From contig JADGIF010000280.1 in assembly GCA_018985225.1 (NCBI GenBank), forward strand, positions 1 to 11,867: a stretch of DNA of 11,867 nt. The letters are read 5' to 3'. The notes under the pieces were generated by a model. That model was not told where the DNA came from. It made no database searches and saw only the letters and a program-made list of their open reading frames with translations. Positions within the stretch are counted from its first letter, which is position 1, and every line of letters begins with the position of its first letter. Positions 8,847-11,867 of this stretch are shown in pieces. Position numbers and translations under genes: made by a program. The DNA comes from Amoeboradix gromovi X-113 (taxonomy: Eukaryota > Fungi > Sanchytriomycota).

Positions 8847-10899
8847 CTACTCTACAAACTGAATACATGTGCCTTGCTCATTTTTTATCAAAACATCCAT
8901 GTCTACATACTCAGTTATACATTGCATAACGTCATCATCTGTCATCCCCTGCAAGTAAACATGCTGTTTGATTTCTTCAATATCCAGCCATAATTCATCA
9001 ACTACATTAATGCTACATACCTTGCCGTGTCACTAGCTTGATCTGATAAAGCTCTTTTATCATTCCGTAAACTTTTCCAATTTTGTCTTCTTCTACAATT
9101 TTGGCTTGGGAGGGATCCATCACGGCTTGCTGTGACATCTGTATCAATCTTACAGCTTCGTTTACATCAGTCATCTCTACTAGTTTGCTAAATCTCAATC
9201 TAGCCAGTGCCATGCTCAATCTGATTAAGCTAACCAAAGTACGTGGAGTACTATGCTGTATTTGGTCCTTATTTAGCAATCTGCTTGTACTGCGCTCTTG
9301 ACTCCTTAACCCTACGTATATGTCAACTATATGATCCGCTACCTGTCTGGTTAATGTGGGATTGCATTCCTTGGCCAATCTAACATATTCTCTAATAGCT
9401 GGTGGAGATAGTGGAGTAAATCCTAATTCAGGATGCCTACCTGTTTGATGAACATGAGATACATAGTCACCCAATGCCAAATCTGTATCCATATTAGGAG
9501 TATCAATCAATATGTAGACAATGTCAAACCTACTAATAAGGGCAGCAGGAAGGTTAACGTTCTTGTGGGCCGGTATTTTTGGATTATATCTCCCATATAG
9601 TGGATTAGCAGCTGCTAATATAGAAGTTCGGGCATTCAAAGTAGTAACAATCCCTGCCTTACTGATAGACAAGGTTTGTTGCTCCATGATCTCATGAATG
9701 GCTGTCTTGTCGTTATCTTCCATCTTGTCAAACTCATCTAAACAGCAAATCCCTGTGTCAGCCAAAACTAAAGCACCACCTTCTAACACTAGTTGTTTAG
9801 TCATTGGGTCTCTGATTACAGCGGCAGTTAAACCGACTCCACTACTACCTTTCCCCGTGGTGTATATAGCCTTAGTCGCCGTTCTACTAATGTACTTGAG
9901 TAATTGGGATTTAGCAATACCAGGACAACCCATCAGACATACATGGATGTTACCACGAATAAACAATCCATTTTGATGAATATCAGGGGCCCCTACAAGA
10001 CTTAATAGCAGCACTTTTTTAACATCTAGATTTCCATAGATCTCAGGGCAAATAGATAGAGCCAATCGAGTATAAACATCGTCAGATTCTTGCAAAGCAG
10101 CCAATTCACTCTCTACTGCTTCAATATCAACATTAGCTTGCTGTTTATGTATGCTCATAGTGTGTAGGTACAAGGAACACAACAAACCATTTTTCATAAA
10201 TCCGTTTTCATGAATAGGCATTAAAGCACCCTGGCAGGTAATCATATCACCAGGGGTGCAAGTGTTTGTCAAGGAGCCATGTACATGAATAGTGAGAGTC
10301 TTAGGAACATGCCCCTGCGGTACGAGATGTGATTGTTCTTGAATCTTAATGGTTTGAAAACTACAATACTTTGAGAGCCTCGGTTGCCACTCTAGAACGG
10401 ATTTGATGCGCTGAGATTGGCACTTACCTTGACACAGAGCAGGCATGGTAAATGTAGGCTGTTCATGATAAAATGGCTGGTAATGCTCGTATTGACAGGT
10501 GTTACACATATAAACGTTGACCAATATTTTAGGCTGAACCTGAGAGCACCTGGTGATTATGCCACTTACCTGTATGTGCTTACCGACATACTGAGAATCA
10601 CAATCCAAGATCTTTATGTTTTTCGCATCAGAGTTGACCAAATAAACTTCAAAATCATACTTAAGTTCCTCAGGACAATCTATAGAAGACCTGAATTCGA
10701 TTTTACTAACAGGACGGTGTTTAAATATTTCTTTTTGAAGCAGCTTGACGATATGCATCGGCTGATTGTAGAATTGCTGATACAAGTCTTCGCTATACTC
10801 ACGAACATCTTTTAGATCTACTGAAATAACATTGTTATGGCAAAGATCAAGGTAAGCTTGTCCATTTGACTGCTTACAATCTGTAAGAAAGGTATCCAT
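8847..10899 (-). CDS. MCM7: DNA replication licensing factor MCM7; complement(join(8847..9001,9021..10899)), 677 aa
   Basis: Zn finger CNTC...CQGKC; Walker A GCPGIAKSQ; YTTGKGSSGVGLTAAV; EGGALVLADTGICCLDEFDKM; AIHEIMEQQTLSISKAGI; MCM7-type AAANPLYGRYNP and LPAALISRFD; TPRTLVSLIRLS.ALARLR. Spliced exon 2 (VDELWLDIEEIKQHVYLQGMTDDDVMQCITEYVDMDVLIKNEQGTCIQFVE*) resembles the MCM7 C-terminal winged helix (G.T......l.EY....V.......I.FV). Confidence 0.95.
9002..9020 (-). other. 19-nt spliceosomal micro-intron in MCM7 (AAG|GTATGTAGCATTAATGTAG|TT), phase 1
   Basis: Strong GTATGT donor and TAATGTAG end; contains the TAG (9015-9013) that ends the 628-aa ORF. Removal restores a 51-codon MCM7-like C-terminus ending at TAG 8849-8847. 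Confidence 0.88.
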
Positions 10900-11032
10900 T
10901 TTTTAAGTTTCAAAAAAAGAATGGCAAATAATGTGTCAAAACTGATGTTGCTTAGTAAGCAAGATGTGTTAATAGTAAGAAATATATGTAGGAAGCATAA
11001 ACTTAAATAAAAACAATTTCTCCTTGCGGTAA

Positions 11033-11218
11033 ATGGATATTCATTTGCTGGTAAACAAAAATGTTAAAATTATGACTGTAGACAATAAATTAATAGAAGG
11101 CCAGTTGATCGCGATAGATCAACTATCGAATTGTGTGTTGCGCGATGCGAAAGTAGACAACGTTGAAATGGATGGATATTTTATTAGGGGCGATTCAATA
11201 GCTGTATTAGGCAAATAA
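11033..11218 (+). CDS. LSM8: Sm-fold LSm protein, most like U6 snRNP LSm8, minimal 61 aa
   Basis: Sm1 motif VNKNVKIMTVDNKLIEGQLIAIDQLSNCVLRDA and Sm2 motif GYFIRGDSIAVLG. The T.D, DQ..N and RGD.IAV.G pattern fits LSm8 best. The Sm fold is confident; the paralog assignment is tentative. AATAAA overlaps the stop codon. Confidence 0.8.
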   Translation: MDIHLLVNKNVKIMTVDNKLIEGQLIAIDQLSNCVLRDAKVDNVEMDGYFIRGDSIAVLGK

Positions 11219-11303
11219 ATTTATTAAAAATCAATTAGTGTACCCAAACTTGGAGGTATGCAAGAATACTAAAAATAATTTGAAAATTCAATCATTTAAT
11301 AAT

Positions 11304-11738
11304 TCAATGAAATTTCTTTTTTAGCAATCCCATTAGTTTCATTTGCATCGATTGTTCATTGTTATCCGATGTAAAGTTCGAAGTAGACACATTTGGTACA
11401 GGCAACGTTATTAAGCCAGGATCCATTGATTTCATTGAAGGTAGTTTTCCAAAGCTTGATGACTGGGCAACAGGTTCAGGTTCTGCACATTTTATTTGAA
11501 GTTTTGCGTCTTTGTCAAACTGTTCAAAATTCCATTTCATAAGTATACCACCCAGAGCGTCTTCATCTGCACTTCCTGCTTCTGAAATTAATTTTGCCAA
11601 AAAGAATATAGCAGATTTGTTTAGCAGTACTCCAGCATCCGTATCTATCTCAAAATCAGACATTTCCCTGACGATATTTTGAATATCCCTTGCCAAGAAC
11701 TCTTCTCTTAATATTGAAAAATCAAAATTTGGCTCCAT
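11304..11738 (-). CDS. 144-aa protein with probable H2B-like histone fold (NF-YB / POLE3-DPB4-CHRAC17 / NC2beta type) and a low-complexity C-terminal tail
   Basis: FLARDIQNIVREMSDFEIDTDAGVLLNKSAIFFLAKLISEA...ALGGILMKWNFEQF follows the family pattern LP.a.I.rI.k...i..dA...i..aa..F...l...A...dv..al....F..F. The ORF is well supported; the family call is pattern-based. Confidence 0.65.
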   Translation of the reverse strand: MEPNFDFSILREEFLARDIQNIVREMSDFEIDTDAGVLLNKSAIFFLAKLISEAGSADEDALGGILMKWNFEQFDKDAKLQIKCAEPEPVAQSSSFGKLPSMKSMDPGLITLPVPNVSTSNFTSDNNEQSMQMKLMGLLKKKFH

Positions 11739-11790
11739 GTTTAGTAGTAAGTCATTATTTTTTCAATGTAAGACCTTCGTCTCCTCGTTA

Positions 11791-11822
11791 AAATTCCTGA
11801 TTTCCGAGAAAATCGAGAATTT
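11791..11822. repeat. Imperfect inverted repeat (hairpin) AAATTCCTGATTT-CCGAGA-AAATCGAGAATTT
   Basis: 13-nt arms: 11 Watson-Crick pairs, 1 G-T wobble and 1 mismatch, with a 6-nt loop. Function unknown. Confidence 0.5.
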
Positions 11823-11867
11823 CCACAGAGAAACTAATGCTAGATGCTCCGTTACAGTGATCGCTCA

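Noticed and set aside
8479-9009. TAATGTAG / CTACATTA inverted pair as transposon terminal repeats
   Set aside because: It is the same intron 3' motif on opposite strands; the enclosed DNA is the two terminal exons, with no transposase or target-site duplication seen.
8802-10815. Plus-strand ORFs 8802..8993, 9083..9301, 9698..9976 and 10417..10815
   Set aside because: All are antisense to MCM7; 8802..8993 overlaps its hidden exon 2 and starts at GTG.
10921-11010. 29-aa ORF and two GTAAG...AG segments (21 and 17 nt) in the MCM7-LSm spacer
   Set aside because: I found no splice that joins it to the LSm frame, neither segment has the TAATGTAG end, and it is probably chance in AT-rich promoter DNA.
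1-11867. Prokaryotic or phage systems, CRISPR arrays, tRNA/rRNA genes
   Set aside because: Gene content is eukaryotic, and I saw no repeat-spacer array or structural RNA signature.

Overview
AT-rich, very gene-dense eukaryotic DNA read with the standard genetic code. Genes alternate strands (-,+,-,+,-) with 79-165 bp spacers. In order: the 5' end of an unknown minus-strand gene (<1..162), a shortened and divergent IFT-type dynein-2 heavy chain (DYNC2H1-like), MCM7 on the minus strand, a 61-aa Sm/LSm protein (LSm8-like), and a probable NF-YB/POLE3-type histone-fold protein. The main observation is that the dynein and MCM7 ORFs both stop just short of their expected C-terminal domains. Both are repaired by removing a 19-nt, phase-1 GT-AG intron with the same 3' octamer: GTAATCATAGATAATGTAG (8468-8486, +) and GTATGTAGCATTAATGTAG (9020-9002, -). 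This points to an ultra-short-intron splicing system with a putative branch A fixed at -6. The introns are inferred from DNA only and need RNA confirmation. All family assignments rest on motifs I recognised by eye, not on database searches.
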